Shown: piece after piece, positions 25,831-39,225 of the stretch
Numbering within the stretch: the first letter of the stretch is position 1
Layout of the letters: every line of letters starts with the position of its first letter
Assembly (NCBI RefSeq): GCF_025526975.1
Contig: NW_026515668.1
Coordinates: 1,612,001-1,676,000, forward strand
Direction: 5' to 3'
From: Fimicolochytrium jonesii
Taxonomy: Eukaryota
DNA: 64,000 nucleotides
The notes under the pieces: model-generated
What the model was told of the DNA's origin: nothing
What the model saw: the letters and a program-made list of their open reading frames with translations, nothing else
Databases searched by the model: none
Translations under genes and position numbers: made by a program

Positions 25831-28800
25831 ATGGAGGACCACGACTACGGCTATCTGGAGGTACTTTATACTCAAGCTCATTTTACCCTGTGTCAGGGGA
25901 TGTACCAATGTTAACGGCTTCATCGTCCATCAGTTCCAGGATACGCAGGGGTCCCAATATGACTACGAAAACTTCGCGGTCCCTTCTCAGGCCGGAAAAG
26001 ACGTAGACGATCTGACTTTGAGTTCCTTGACGTTGAACTCCCAACCTTCGCAAACCACCCAACCGACTGGGTCAGCCGCGCCGTCCCGTATCACGGCGGA
26101 CGTTCGGGTGGCGGAGCGTTCGGGTGAAGCATACTTTATTTCGGATGCACCTGACGACTTTGATGGGGACGGCGGACCAGATGGATTTCAGTTCTCTCAA
26201 AGTGATCTGCCTGACCACGCTTGCAGGTAAGCCTAATTTCCTTGAACCTTATTCCCACTCGAAACTGATGAATCCGGTGTATGAAGCTATTGTGGCATCC
26301 ACAATGCGTCCTCTGTCGTCGAATGCTTAACGTGCAACAAGTGGTTTTGCAATTCGCGCGGAATCTCCTCCAGCCGCGGTTCCCACATTATTCAGCATTT
26401 GGTGCGCGCCCGCCATAAGGAAGTGCGACTCCATCCCGAATCTCCCCTTGGCGAGACTACTTTGGAATGCTACAATTGCGGATTGCGAAACGTTTTCAAC
26501 TTGGGTTTCATTCCTGCAAAGTCTGACACTGTTGTCGTACTTCTCTGCCGGGCTTGCTCGAACCCAATGGGTCAGAAGGACGTGAGCTGGGACCTATCGC
26601 AATGGCTCCCTCTCATTGAGGATCGAAGTTTCCTCACCTGGCTGGTGAAAGTGCCTCTGGAATTTGAGGAGCTGAGGGCAAGGCACATTACCGCATCACA
26701 GATAGCAGCTCTGGAGGATCGCTGGATGGAGGACTCAAATGCCACCGTGGACGATCTCAACAAGCCTGGGATCGAGGATGAACCGGAGCCCGTGCGCTTG
26801 CGATATGAGGATCCGTACCAGTACCAGAACATCTTTGGTCCTTTGATCAAGTTGGAAGCGGACTATGACAAGAAGTTGAAAGAGTCGCAAACTCAAGATG
26901 ATGTGGAGGTCACGTGGAGTGCTGGTCTGAAGAAGCCGTTGGCGTCTTTCAAGTTGCCCAAATTGGAACTTGGGGACTTCCTGCGCCTTGCGGTTGGCGA
27001 CGAATTGATGCTTCGATACACCGGTGAATTGGTCAAGGGACACTGGGAGGGGGTGGGGCATGTGATCAAGATTCCCAACAGTAAGCATAAGTGCCGTTTT
27101 CTTGTTCATTTGATGACCCGGGGCTAACATTAGATTCGTAGACCTTTCCGATGAGGTGGTTCTCGAACTCAAGAGCGATGACAAAACTCCCACGCACTGT
27201 ACGCACAACTTTAGCGTTGACTTTGTCTGGAAATCCACATCCTTTGACAGGATGCAAGCTGCAATGAGGACCTTTGCGCACGATGAGCGATCTGTCAGCC
27301 CTTACATCTACCATCGCTTGCTTGGCCAAGACGTCGAAGGGCAGGTTTTCAAGGGCGTCGCCATGCCCAAGCGTTTCACCGCGCCCAATCTCCCGGATTT
27401 GAACCATTCGCAGGTGTCTGCCGTGAAAAGCGTTCTTCAGAAGCCTCTCAGTTTGATCCAAGGTAAAACTTCTACTGGACAGCAACTTCTCTCGATGCTT
27501 CGATGCTTACCGGCTTCAAATATTTAAAGGACCTCCGGGAACCGGAAAGACCGTCACCTCCGCGACAATTGTCTATCATCTGGCGAAGATGACAGGTGGC
27601 CAGGTCCTTGTGTGTGCGCCCAGTAACGTCGCCGTGGATCAGCTGACTGAGAAGATCCACCAAACGGGATTGAAAGTTGTTCGAGTGACTGCCAAATCCC
27701 GTGAAGCTCTGGAATCTCCCGTCTCGTTCCTGACTCTTCATGAACAAGTCCTGAACAACGACACGGATCCCGAATTGCAGAAATACGTTCGGTTGAAGGA
27801 GGAATACGGTGAACTGAACCAACAGGATGAAAGACGCTACCGGGCCCTGAAGCGTAAAGCGGAGCGGGAGATTATCCAGAATGCGGATGTCGTCTGCTGT
27901 ACTTGTGTCGGTGCGGGCGACCCTCGGCTGCAGAAATACGCGTTTGGGACGGTCTTGATCGATGAAGCCACGCAGGCTGCGGAACCGGAGTGCTTGATTC
28001 CTCTGGTCATGGGCGCGGAGCAGGTCGTCTTTGTCGGAGACCATAAACAGTTGGGACCCGTTATTCTCAACAAGAAGTCTGCCAAGGCCGGCTTGAACCA
28101 GTCCCTCTTCGAGCGATTGATTCTCCTCAACGTTAGACCGATTCGTCTTGAGGTTCAATACCGTATGCACCCGTGCCTTTCCGATTTTCCTTCCAACATG
28201 TTCTACGAAGGATCTTTGCAGAACGGTGTCACGGTTCAGGAGCGTCTTCGCAAGGATGTTGCCTTCCCGTGGCCTGTTCCAGAGACACCCATGTTCTTTC
28301 ACTGCTCGTATGGACAGGAGGAGCTCTCATCGTCTGGCACCTCTTACCTGAACCGAACTGAAGCGACAAACTGCGAGAAAGTCGTGACTCGATTCCTGAA
28401 GGCCGGCGTCAAGCCCTCACAAATCGGTATCATTACCCCGTACGAAGGTCAGCGCGCGTACATCGTCAGCCACATGCAGTTCGCAGGAGCCTTGAAGAAG
28501 GAGCTCTACAAGGAGATCGAGGTCGCCAGCGTCGACGCCTTCCAGGGCCGTGAGAAAGATTACATCATCCTCACCTGCGTGCGTTCCAACGACCATTTGG
28601 GGATCGGGTTCACCAGCGACCCCCGCCGTCTGAACGTGGCGTTGACGCGTGCCAAGTACGGTCTCGTCGTACTCGGTAACCCTAAAGTGCTGTCCAAGAA
28701 CGCCCTGTGGTACCAGTTACTGATGCACTTCAAGGAAAAGAACTGCTTGGTTGAAGGGCCGTTGAGCAACTTGAAGAAGTCGATGATTCAGCTGATTCGC

Positions 28801-29389
28801 CCGAAACACAAGCCGAGATTTGATGAGAGGCAGAATAAGTTCCAGGTTGATGCGGGACAGCATTTCGCCAAGCCTCCTAAGGCTAATGACCGTAAGTTCC
28901 GCAAAGCTGTTGAGTATTTTGGTTGATCAAAGCGTCCGTCCTAACTTGCCCTTTTACTGTTTTGACCCAGGACGTCCATCCCACAATTTCAACCCCTACT
29001 ACGACCCCCTCTCCGCCGTCGACGCCGGCCGCATCTTCTCCCAGCCCGACTTCTTCCCCATGCACCCCATCCCCTTCTCCCAAGACATGCCAGCCTCCCA
29101 AATGTCCTCTCACAACGGCCACTTCAGCGCCTCCGGCCGAAAGAACAACAACCTCAACTTCTCCCAAACTGACTCCCAGGGCCCGTTCACGCAAGGCAGC
29201 GCCTTCCACTCCCAATCGCAGTCCCAATCCCAGTCGCAGCTGATGATGCACCCCAACGCGTTCTCAGCCTCCTTCTCGCAGAGCGACTACTTGGATGATT
29301 ACAAGAGTCAGCCGGATACGTACATGAGCCAGGAGTTTGGGAAGAGCCAGCAGAGCGATTATCAGGGGCAGGGGTTTACGCAGTTCTGA
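25831..29389 (+). CDS. UPF1: Upf1/Nam7 nonsense-mediated decay RNA helicase; multi-exon
   Basis: CH domain ([22 protein letters not shown]), Walker [10 protein letters not shown] split by intron 27463-27529, [34 protein letters not shown] and an SQ-rich tail. Confidence 0.97.
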
Positions 29390-30224
29390 GAGACGCAAAG
29401 CGATATTTTGTTTGAAGATGACTGGACAGCGTTATGTGGACGACGGCCAAGATATAGCTGGTTGACGCTCCCTCGCTTCCCCGGGATTCCCGTCGGTTCA
29501 CCGCACCTAACCCTGATCGCAAGACACCGAGGACCCAAGGCCGCGGAATGTAACCTACAGTGTGCGAACGACAACTGGCTCCCAAGTGCGCGCCTCCCCC
29601 TCCGTCACTTTCTCGGTGTGAACCACGAGGTCCCCCGACCGAAACCAACCAGTGTTCTTACGTCGTATGCCCACATCCAGCGACGGGCCCACGAGGACAT
29701 TCGAGTGCGGCCAATTCGGAACCCAGGGCGAAGGATGGGAGAAAACACGTATCTGCGACGTCGCCCAGTCGGGATACAGGCTGCCGTCCCGCTGGGAGGC
29801 CCTGATTACGTAGGAAGGGAGTATGTAGGAAGAGAGAGCGGGAAAAATTGTTGCAAGCGGGGTTAGGGGAATTTGAGAGTTGTGTGTTCTCTGCCCTTGC
29901 TTGTTATGTTGTAGCGATGTATCGTAGAAGATTCCACATCAATGAGATGAATTTTAGTTGAAAGATGGGTTTTGCTCGCTGCTGGGTTTCTTGTCAGACT
30001 CCGCGTGCTAGAAGAGATTTATTGACATGAGGCGCGAGCACCTCCACTTGAGGTTTGCATTCCCCGGCCCCAGGACACAGGCAATTCGTGTCGAACCAAG
30101 CAGGAGTATGTGCAATGAATATATATACGGATGGACAGACCGCAGTGCATGTACAAAGAGCTCGACCTGTGAAGAACAGAAAACGAGCGTGCGACCGGTA
30201 GGTGCGCACACATATACCGCTTGT

Positions 30225-31828
<1,604 letters not shown>

Positions 31829-32075
31829 GGCAGCAGTGTTGCTTGGGTGTAAACTACGAGTGAGAGTGAGAAGAAAGTTGTTGAGAGAGAGGAGGGACAG
31901 TGCAAAACCGGCGGGAAGTCCGTGGGGAAATCCTGGGCAAATCTCTCGCCCGTCAACGCGCACGTCTCACCCGTCACAGCCCGTCACACCCCCTCGTTCC
32001 TCTTGTTCTCCTCGTCCTTTTTCTCGCTGTGGCTTACTCCCCACCAGTTCCCCCAAAGCTACGCACCCGCGGAAG

Positions 32076-33387
32076 ATGCCCTCCCTCATCTTACTCCCAG
32101 CAACACCCGACCACCGCCCGCTCCTCGCAGCCAACCACCACGCGCAATGGGGTGGGCCAAAACTCACTCTCGACCAGTATCAGGCGAAAGAGGCCGAGCT
32201 TAGAAACACTGCTTACTGTAAGGAACGGCTGCGGGACTGGGTGCTGGTTGACGAAGAGGATAAAGAGACAATTTTGAGCTCTTGTCAGGTATGCATGTCG
32301 CTGAGTGAGAGTGATAGCACGTGAGCGGGCGAGGACTTGCGTCGGATGATTGCAGATGGCGAGCGACGGGAAAAACGAACGAATCCTGGTTACTGCCAGT
32401 AGGCCCAAGATGGCTGTCGCCTACCACTTTGGAACTCGTGGCGCCGACCAGCTTTATCCCTCCTCCCACATCGTTGCGCCGCACGCCTCACACTTTCCCA
32501 TGTCTATCCCATCACAGACACTCACACTCCCCGCGGTCCTCGCCACTCCCTCCTCACCCATTCAACACCGCTCCACACTCGCTATCGCCTCCGTCCACAC
32601 GCCCCATTCTCAACGCGGGCACGGCTACGCTACCACCATGATGAAGCAGGTGATGTCGAGCCTCGCGCAAACGGAGGCGGGAACAGGCGCGTCGACGTTG
32701 TACTCGGACATTGGACGCTCCTTCTATGCTCGACTGGGGTGGCCTGTTACTGGGTCTTGTACGCAAGGCATTGTGGAGGTGGCACATGCCGCAAATGGGG
32801 ACTCTTCAGGGGGATTGGTGCAGAACATCACGGCAGAGACTCTCCCGCGATTCCTTGACCTGGCTGTGAAGGGAATAGAAACACAAGTCCGTGAAGCGGC
32901 TACGGATGGGAAAACAGGATTCGCGGTCCTTCCCGCCGCCGACTTTTTCGAATACTTCCAGACGCACGCGCGGGAGTCCGCCGTGCATATCCGGCCAGAC
33001 ATCCACACCGCCGCGTTCGATAACCTCGGCGGAGCAATCTCGGTCGAGAAGGAGGAAGACAGCCCCTTCCTCCTATGGTTCCCAAACATCTCCGAGGAGA
33101 AGCTTTACATCCTCCTCATCCACTCCCCTCCAAAGTCTACCAACACGACAACACCACCGCCCACACACCGCCTTCTCTACGCCGCCATCGCTCACGCCCG
33201 CCACCTCGGACTCGCGAAAGTGGTAGTATGGCAGCCCGAAGACTGCGGGGTGGAAACGTTCCCGGGCATGCAGGTCAGTGCGAGGGAGACTAGTCTGTCG
33301 TCGCTGGCGATTGTTCGTGGGGCATGTGCTGGGTCTGAGGGAGGGGAGGTGGTGTGGGCTAAGAATGAGAAGTATGCTTGGGTGTGA
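32076..33387 (+). CDS. GNAT-family acetyltransferase (fungal LYC1-like); 2 exons
   Basis: Exon 1 (QWGGPKLTLDQY..WVLVD..ILSSCQ) joins through intron ~32289-32517 to IASVHTPHSQRGHGYA (acetyl-CoA motif A) and STLYSDIGRSFYARLGW; ends WAKNEKYAWV. Confidence 0.8.
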
Positions 33388-33599
33388 TTCGGTTGGATGT
33401 AGATTACGGGCGTATACATTGTTCGCGTATAGACGCTTTACTTCTGTTACATAGATGCCTTCAGGGTTGCAATGTTTCTATGCGTTTTCTTCTTGTTCGG
33501 CATTTCTGACACTAAGTATATATACCTCTCGCCCGCCCTGGCACGGTAAACCTCAGGAGCGATTTAAACTGTGAAACCACCGTCACTACATGCATGTGC

Positions 33600-34489
33600 A
33601 GCCCTTAGTATCCTACACGTTCGCACATATTCACAGACGGCGATGTTGGTGTGAAGATGATGGGCTCGATCACTGTTCCTCCATTATCGGAAATGTCATC
33701 CCCCGGTGATCTTCATGGCCACACCATTGCTCCGCCTACGCAGTGGTCCTGCCACTGCTACACAGTAGAGCCCACCATGTTCTTGATGCTCTCCAATATA
33801 TCGGCAATGATGTTCGTCGGAAACCCGCTAGAATGACAGTAAGCACTGACAGCGCTGGACATATGTACGCGTCCCCGGCCCTGGGCGACGTATATAAGAA
33901 CCGTGCTCACCCCTGATACCATAGATCAGTCCTCGTCGGATCTCTTTTGACAGCCGAAGCGACCTCGACAGTGCCTGGGATCTTGTCGAGAGTTTGATCT
34001 TCATTATTGACCTCCTCCGAAGATGAAGATGATGGAATTGACTCCGTTGGATCATCATCAGCAGCAATCCATAACTATACTCGTCGTCATAGTAGTCGAC
34101 ATATTGCTTGGCGTGCTTGTAGCCTAGGTACAGCCGAGGAAGCCCAGGTTTCGCGAACTGAAACACCATGTCCCTTCCCATCCGCCTTCCAATCGCTGTA
34201 TATGCATGTGAACCCTTTTGGCGGAGCCGCTGTCGGTTTCCAGCCTTCGATGCGGCCCCCAAGCAGAGCTAGGTCTTCGCGCATTGACACCGAATCTGCA
34301 ACTCTATCGAACTGTCTGATCAGAGCTTGATGTAAGTTGCGGAGAAGTCGAAACGGTGCAAGCTTTTTGAGGCCCGCATCAGACGACCTGTGGTGAAAAA
34401 TGGAGATATCTGAGGAGTAGAAACAAGACATCTTCGGGAACGGTTTCGAGAGTGAGAGAAGCGTTCGCCGGGTGCGTTTCGTGCTCCAT
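33600..34489 (-). pseudogene. Possible F-box-like hypothetical gene, fragmented or frameshifted
   Basis: ATG at 34489 gives MEHETHPANASLTLETVPEDVLFLLLRYL (F-box-like). Protein-like segments follow in different frames and no clean gene model could be built; the 3' end is approximate. Confidence 0.25.
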
Positions 34490-34857
34490 TGACGTGAGAG
34501 TGTCGATGGAGAAAGGAGAGTCCGACCGAGTATTATCACCGAGGCGATGTTCGTTGCGTTTGGCAAATCTGTCGTACAGTACAGTAAGATGTGGGAGAGT
34601 TTGGTTGAATCACGAGCCCACACGCCTCCGGAGGAAACGAGTTCTGACTGCGCCTTTCCCAACTGGAAATCTCTTTGAGGCAGCTTATACTGTAGGCAGC
34701 TTTCATACGCTCGCGCGTGGGAACTTGACATTCGCCGGCGTCGGCCATTTTTCTGCGACACTACCTACAAATATACAGTACATACAGTATATACACGGCA
34801 CCTCATAAAATATAACACTCGCTTGTGACGTCGGCTTCCGGACACTTCTTCAGCAGC

Positions 34858-37504
34858 ATGCCACCAAGGCAACTTCTCAGGCTGGTCCCATGGGCACATC
34901 TCGAAGAGTGGGACTATGTCTTCTCCTGTCTTTACGCAGCAGACGACACCCCTCAAGGCGTGCAGAGTCGCTTGAACGGCGTCAAGCGGGTGCGTATCAA
35001 GCGGGAAGCTCCTCAGTGCAGTGTAGCGCATTGGCCTTTTCGGCCGAGCCTTCACTCACTTTCAGTCGTTGTACTTTAGGTCAAAGCATGGAGAAACCGT
35101 GGGAAAGTCCCACATGCGATAGACTCCACCGCCACCTTGGTAGAGATATGGTTGCGAGACGGATGCGGAGGGACGTATGGTCCTCCATATATCTCTGAAC
35201 ATGAACTGCGGCTTATGTATACCATGACCTTCGTGAGGTTCGTTGGTTGGTTCTTGGAGAGACGGGCAAAGGAGGAATGTATCTGAGATACCGGGGCTTG
35301 GGGGCTTACTCGTTCGATCGTTGGCGCTTATCTAGATTTGTTAATGGGTTCGTGGACGCACACCAAAAGGGCATGTACGCAATCAGCGTGTCCACCATCG
35401 CCGAACAGATGGGATTACCGGGGTGGTTTGTCGATCTTCGACACGCAGGCACGCACGATCAGCTGCCTAGTCTGGCACTATTGAGAGCCGGATGTAAACA
35501 GGTGATTGGATGTGCACGTCCTGGACTTGGAGTTCCTCCTACGGATTGTATTAACCTATCGACGCAGGCCTTGAGTTGGTTACATGCGAACTATTGGACG
35601 GCGAACAAGCATTACATGGCCACGACAGGCGCTGAGATTCGAACATTGCTCACGCAGTACAAAGTTCTCAGGAAGCAGGAGGCGAAAGGTAGGCTGTCCT
35701 GAAGTCGTCACAATCAACGAAATCGAAGAGGAGGAGGGATTTTTGTGGAGAGAACGACCGGCAGCTCACTGACTAGCGTCTCCCATGATAGGGGCCGCAA
35801 ACGACACGTCACAGTCGCAAAGCATCCTCGCAGAAGTCGTCGCATTGAACACATCGGAGACGTACAATGACTTCCTAGTACCAGTGCTACTCGATGATGG
35901 GTATTTGGTACCGACAGCAATAAAGTGAGGCTACGAAGCGTTGTCTTCACTCTCAAATGGCGGAAAGTGCTCATAACTATCGGCACTACAGAAAGCGAAC
36001 CCCTTCAGAGGGGTCGGTTCTGCCCGACACGCTGTTCAACCTGTGGCGAACCGCATTATCCAGCTTTGAGGACGCATGGCCCGGGTTTTTGGAAGACTTG
36101 TTCAATGCCATTGTGGAGAATCTGGGTTCCGATGAAGGTAGCGATCGTTTTGTACTGAGGTCGTCTCGATTTCTCGCGATGTGACCTGGCCCATTTATTG
36201 ATCTGCAGGACTTGGACCGGCGGATGCACTCGGCGCCGAAGCAGCGAACGCTGGGAGAAGGGATGAGCCAACCTTCCGGGCAACATTGGGTACGTGTATC
36301 CACATTTCAACCTCACATTTGCGATGAAAAGACGAAGGAGCTAACACCGGCATGCAACCAGCTGCATGGGCCGGCCACATTCTAAGCCATGACCTGCTAC
36401 GGCGCGGGTCCTCGGTAGACTGGGAACCATTACTGGAAGCATGTTTACGTAAGCCTAACGCCTCGTAAGTCGATGGATGCTATTTACCATTCTCATATTC
36501 GATTGTCTCACCATCCGTCGACTTGTATGTGCACCCCTACTTCATATAGCGTCCGCCCTTTGATTGAGGTGTTCGAAAAAAGTGTCCCTACTCTTAATGG
36601 CAAGCTCAAACCGTTCCTTGACTTCATTGATCGATCCACCCGATTTGGGGTGAGTACGGACGAACCCAGGGCGGTCAAAGCATTGTCTTGCATTTGTACT
36701 GACCAGTGGATCTCACTGTTGATAATCACAGCAGAGCGAGTCGGAGCCGTCCAAGAACACAACCCCAGCGACTGACCGGATCCCCGAGCTCCGCGACCGA
36801 CTTGCGGTATTCAAAGAATTGTCGTCAAATGCACATTCAAATAGGGTAAGTCAAGTGTAGTTCCTTGTCACAAAAAGAGATGCCTATAACTCATACAACC
36901 GTCTTTTCCCCATACAGTCGAAGTCAAACAAACGCCCCCTCAAAACCACACTGGCACCCGCTATCCCAGCGGCCGGCTGGACGCACGCCATCCCAGAAGA
37001 GTGGCGGAAATGCCCTATCGGATCCCTGCCCGGCGGCGCGGTGCCGGATTTGGACCTCCCTGAGTGGTTTGATGATGGCGTCTGGTTGGAACGAAAAGGT
37101 GAGCTCTCGGTGCTTTCAAGTTTCTCAAGCAAACTCCTGCCTCCTGGGGACTGATGATCGTGAATTGTTGGGGTGGTAGGCATTTTGCAGATCCCATGTT
37201 TTCCGGGCCCGGCGAATGGACAACAGGAGGAGGAGCCGACGTCATATGAGGCCGAAACGGATGCGTATGACGGGTGAGTCTCAACATATGAAGACTCTCT
37301 GTAGAACACCCGCATCACCCTCCAAATAACTCAACCCCTGTGCCTTGCTTCTTCGACAGCATGGACATTGACCATCACCCAGCAGACGAGGCATTTGCGC
37401 ATGTGGAACGGGAGGAGAAGGACGACACTCCTGAGCCAACCTACCGTCACACCCCCGCGGTGTCGGCGGGAACGGTGGCGACTCATCCTGTTTTGTTGCT
37501 CTAA
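34858..37504 (+). CDS. LAS1: Las1 pre-rRNA ITS2 HEPN endoribonuclease; multi-exon
   Basis: VPWAHLEEW, AWRNRGKVPHAIDSTA, RFVNGFVD, LPGWFVDLRHAGTHDQLPSL (HEPN RHxxxH), LSWLHANYW, C-terminal WRKCPIG. The final exon is less certain. Confidence 0.88.
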
Positions 37505-38211
37505 CTCGTGTATATGAACACGGCATGGCGACAGGATCCTGTATGGCGTCGCACCATATCTCGTTTTACTTAAATTATTACTGTAGATATGTAGATTTTG
37601 TAATGTAGACTTGTTGATAGAGCTCCGTCCTCTGCCGCCATGTATTCGCACTGTCGGTATCTTTTGCTTGCGGCGAGCTTACACGTACGAGACGACAGTT
37701 TGAGAACAAGGTCGCGCGTGCAGCATGGGATCAAATCCTTTAGCAGCTTGTGCGTTCGGGGGCGAGAAAGTGGATTGCTTTCCGATTTCCCATCGGACTT
37801 TGTAGTTTCGAGCGTTCGGGATCTGGCGTGTTCTTCACATGGTCAGAATAAAGAACGACCCTTTGCAAAATATACGGAATGCAAACTCTGTCCAAGGGGA
37901 AGCATCGCTCAGAGTTATTCACATGGCTATGTAAGCGTTGTCTTCAAAAGACGGGCCGAAGCCACGACTTCATAGTGCAAGGATGGGTTTCATCATAGCG
38001 ATGCTTCCACTTTGAACCTTCGATGGCGGACGCTGCAAAGGACGGCTACAAGCTTGATCCCGAACTCTGCTTCCATCGTGCGGTGCAAACAAGTGTGGCC
38101 ATATCCCACAAAGATGAGCATGGCAGGTAGGAAGCAGTCGGAGAACTATCTTGCCTTCCGAACCTTTCTATGACCATAGTTTGTTTGAACAATCTCTAAG
38201 TGCTCTACGTC

Positions 38212-38777
38212 CTATGCTGAGACAATGTGCTTATTTGGAGCCAGACATGCCTCTGTTGTATGATGTGAGTCTAATATCGCTTTGCTGCTTGGCCTCGCAA
38301 TGTCAACAACGTACCTTCAAAGCCGACCAGGTAATCAACCACCACCCCACTTTCCCTCAACTGCCTGGTCCCTTGACACTCCGCAATAAAGTTCTTCGGC
38401 TCTCCTACACCAACGACCACCCTGCCTATTCCCACCTCGAGCAACCGGCGCGCACATGGAAGGTTCCCAGACAATCGCTCCCCACAAGGCTCCATCGTTG
38501 TGTAGATCGTGGCACCCTTTGCTTTCTCAATGCTGTTCGTTTCAGAGAGTTTCAGTAAACAGCATTGCTCGGCGTGGGTGTTCCCTGGGAGTTCGCGTGA
38601 AAAGCCCGTGGAAAGGATCGTAGGATGGGCAGCACGGGATCCTGAAGGGCTGACGAGGACGGCGCCGACGCAGTAAGCGGAAGGGACAGGGATAGACTTT
38701 TGCGCCTCAAGGATGGCCAGCTGCATGAAATCGGCGTCGGTGGGATCATTTGCGGTGGTGCTGTTTTCGGGGGACAT
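38212..38777 (-). CDS. Stand-alone cytidine-deaminase-fold protein, Rib2-type DRAP deaminase (riboflavin synthesis)
   Basis: AYCVGAVLV, TGFSRELPGNTHAEQC (HAE), YTTMEPC..RLSGNLPC (Zn ligands), GVGEP; a short last exon gives ACLAPNKHIVSA-stop. Confidence 0.82.
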
Positions 38778-39225
38778 GGCGTCTGCGGCGGGGGGAGGAC
38801 GGGATAAAACGGATGAAGGCGTATGCTGGCGAGGTTCAGTGGAGCGAGTATAAGGATCTTGTGATAGTGGGAGAAAAGCAGGTGTCGAAATGTCAAAAGA
38901 AACCACGGAAAGGTCCGAAAGGCCTCCGTCAGGCCTCGTGTCCACGACTCCACGGACAGAAGAGGAAGGGGCGAGAATCCTTTGCTCAATTGTGGAACGA
39001 ATCCCCAATCGGCTCTGGTGGAGCAAGCGTCACCTCCTGTACCGTACACATACACACCATACACTGGGCAATACTCGGCGATATCTCCGCTGAACCCGGA
39101 TTTCATAGCAGCTGGAAGGAAGTTTCTGCGTATTCTCAATTTGCCGGGCATCTTCGAGCCCTCATCTTGGACCCTAGCACGCGTCAGAAAATCAGTTCAT
39201 CCAACGAACCGGGAAAGAGGAGGTG

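Noticed and set aside
32289..32517. Unusually long GNAT intron (and ADH introns) as snoRNA hosts
   Set aside because: No convincing paired C/D or H/ACA boxes were found.
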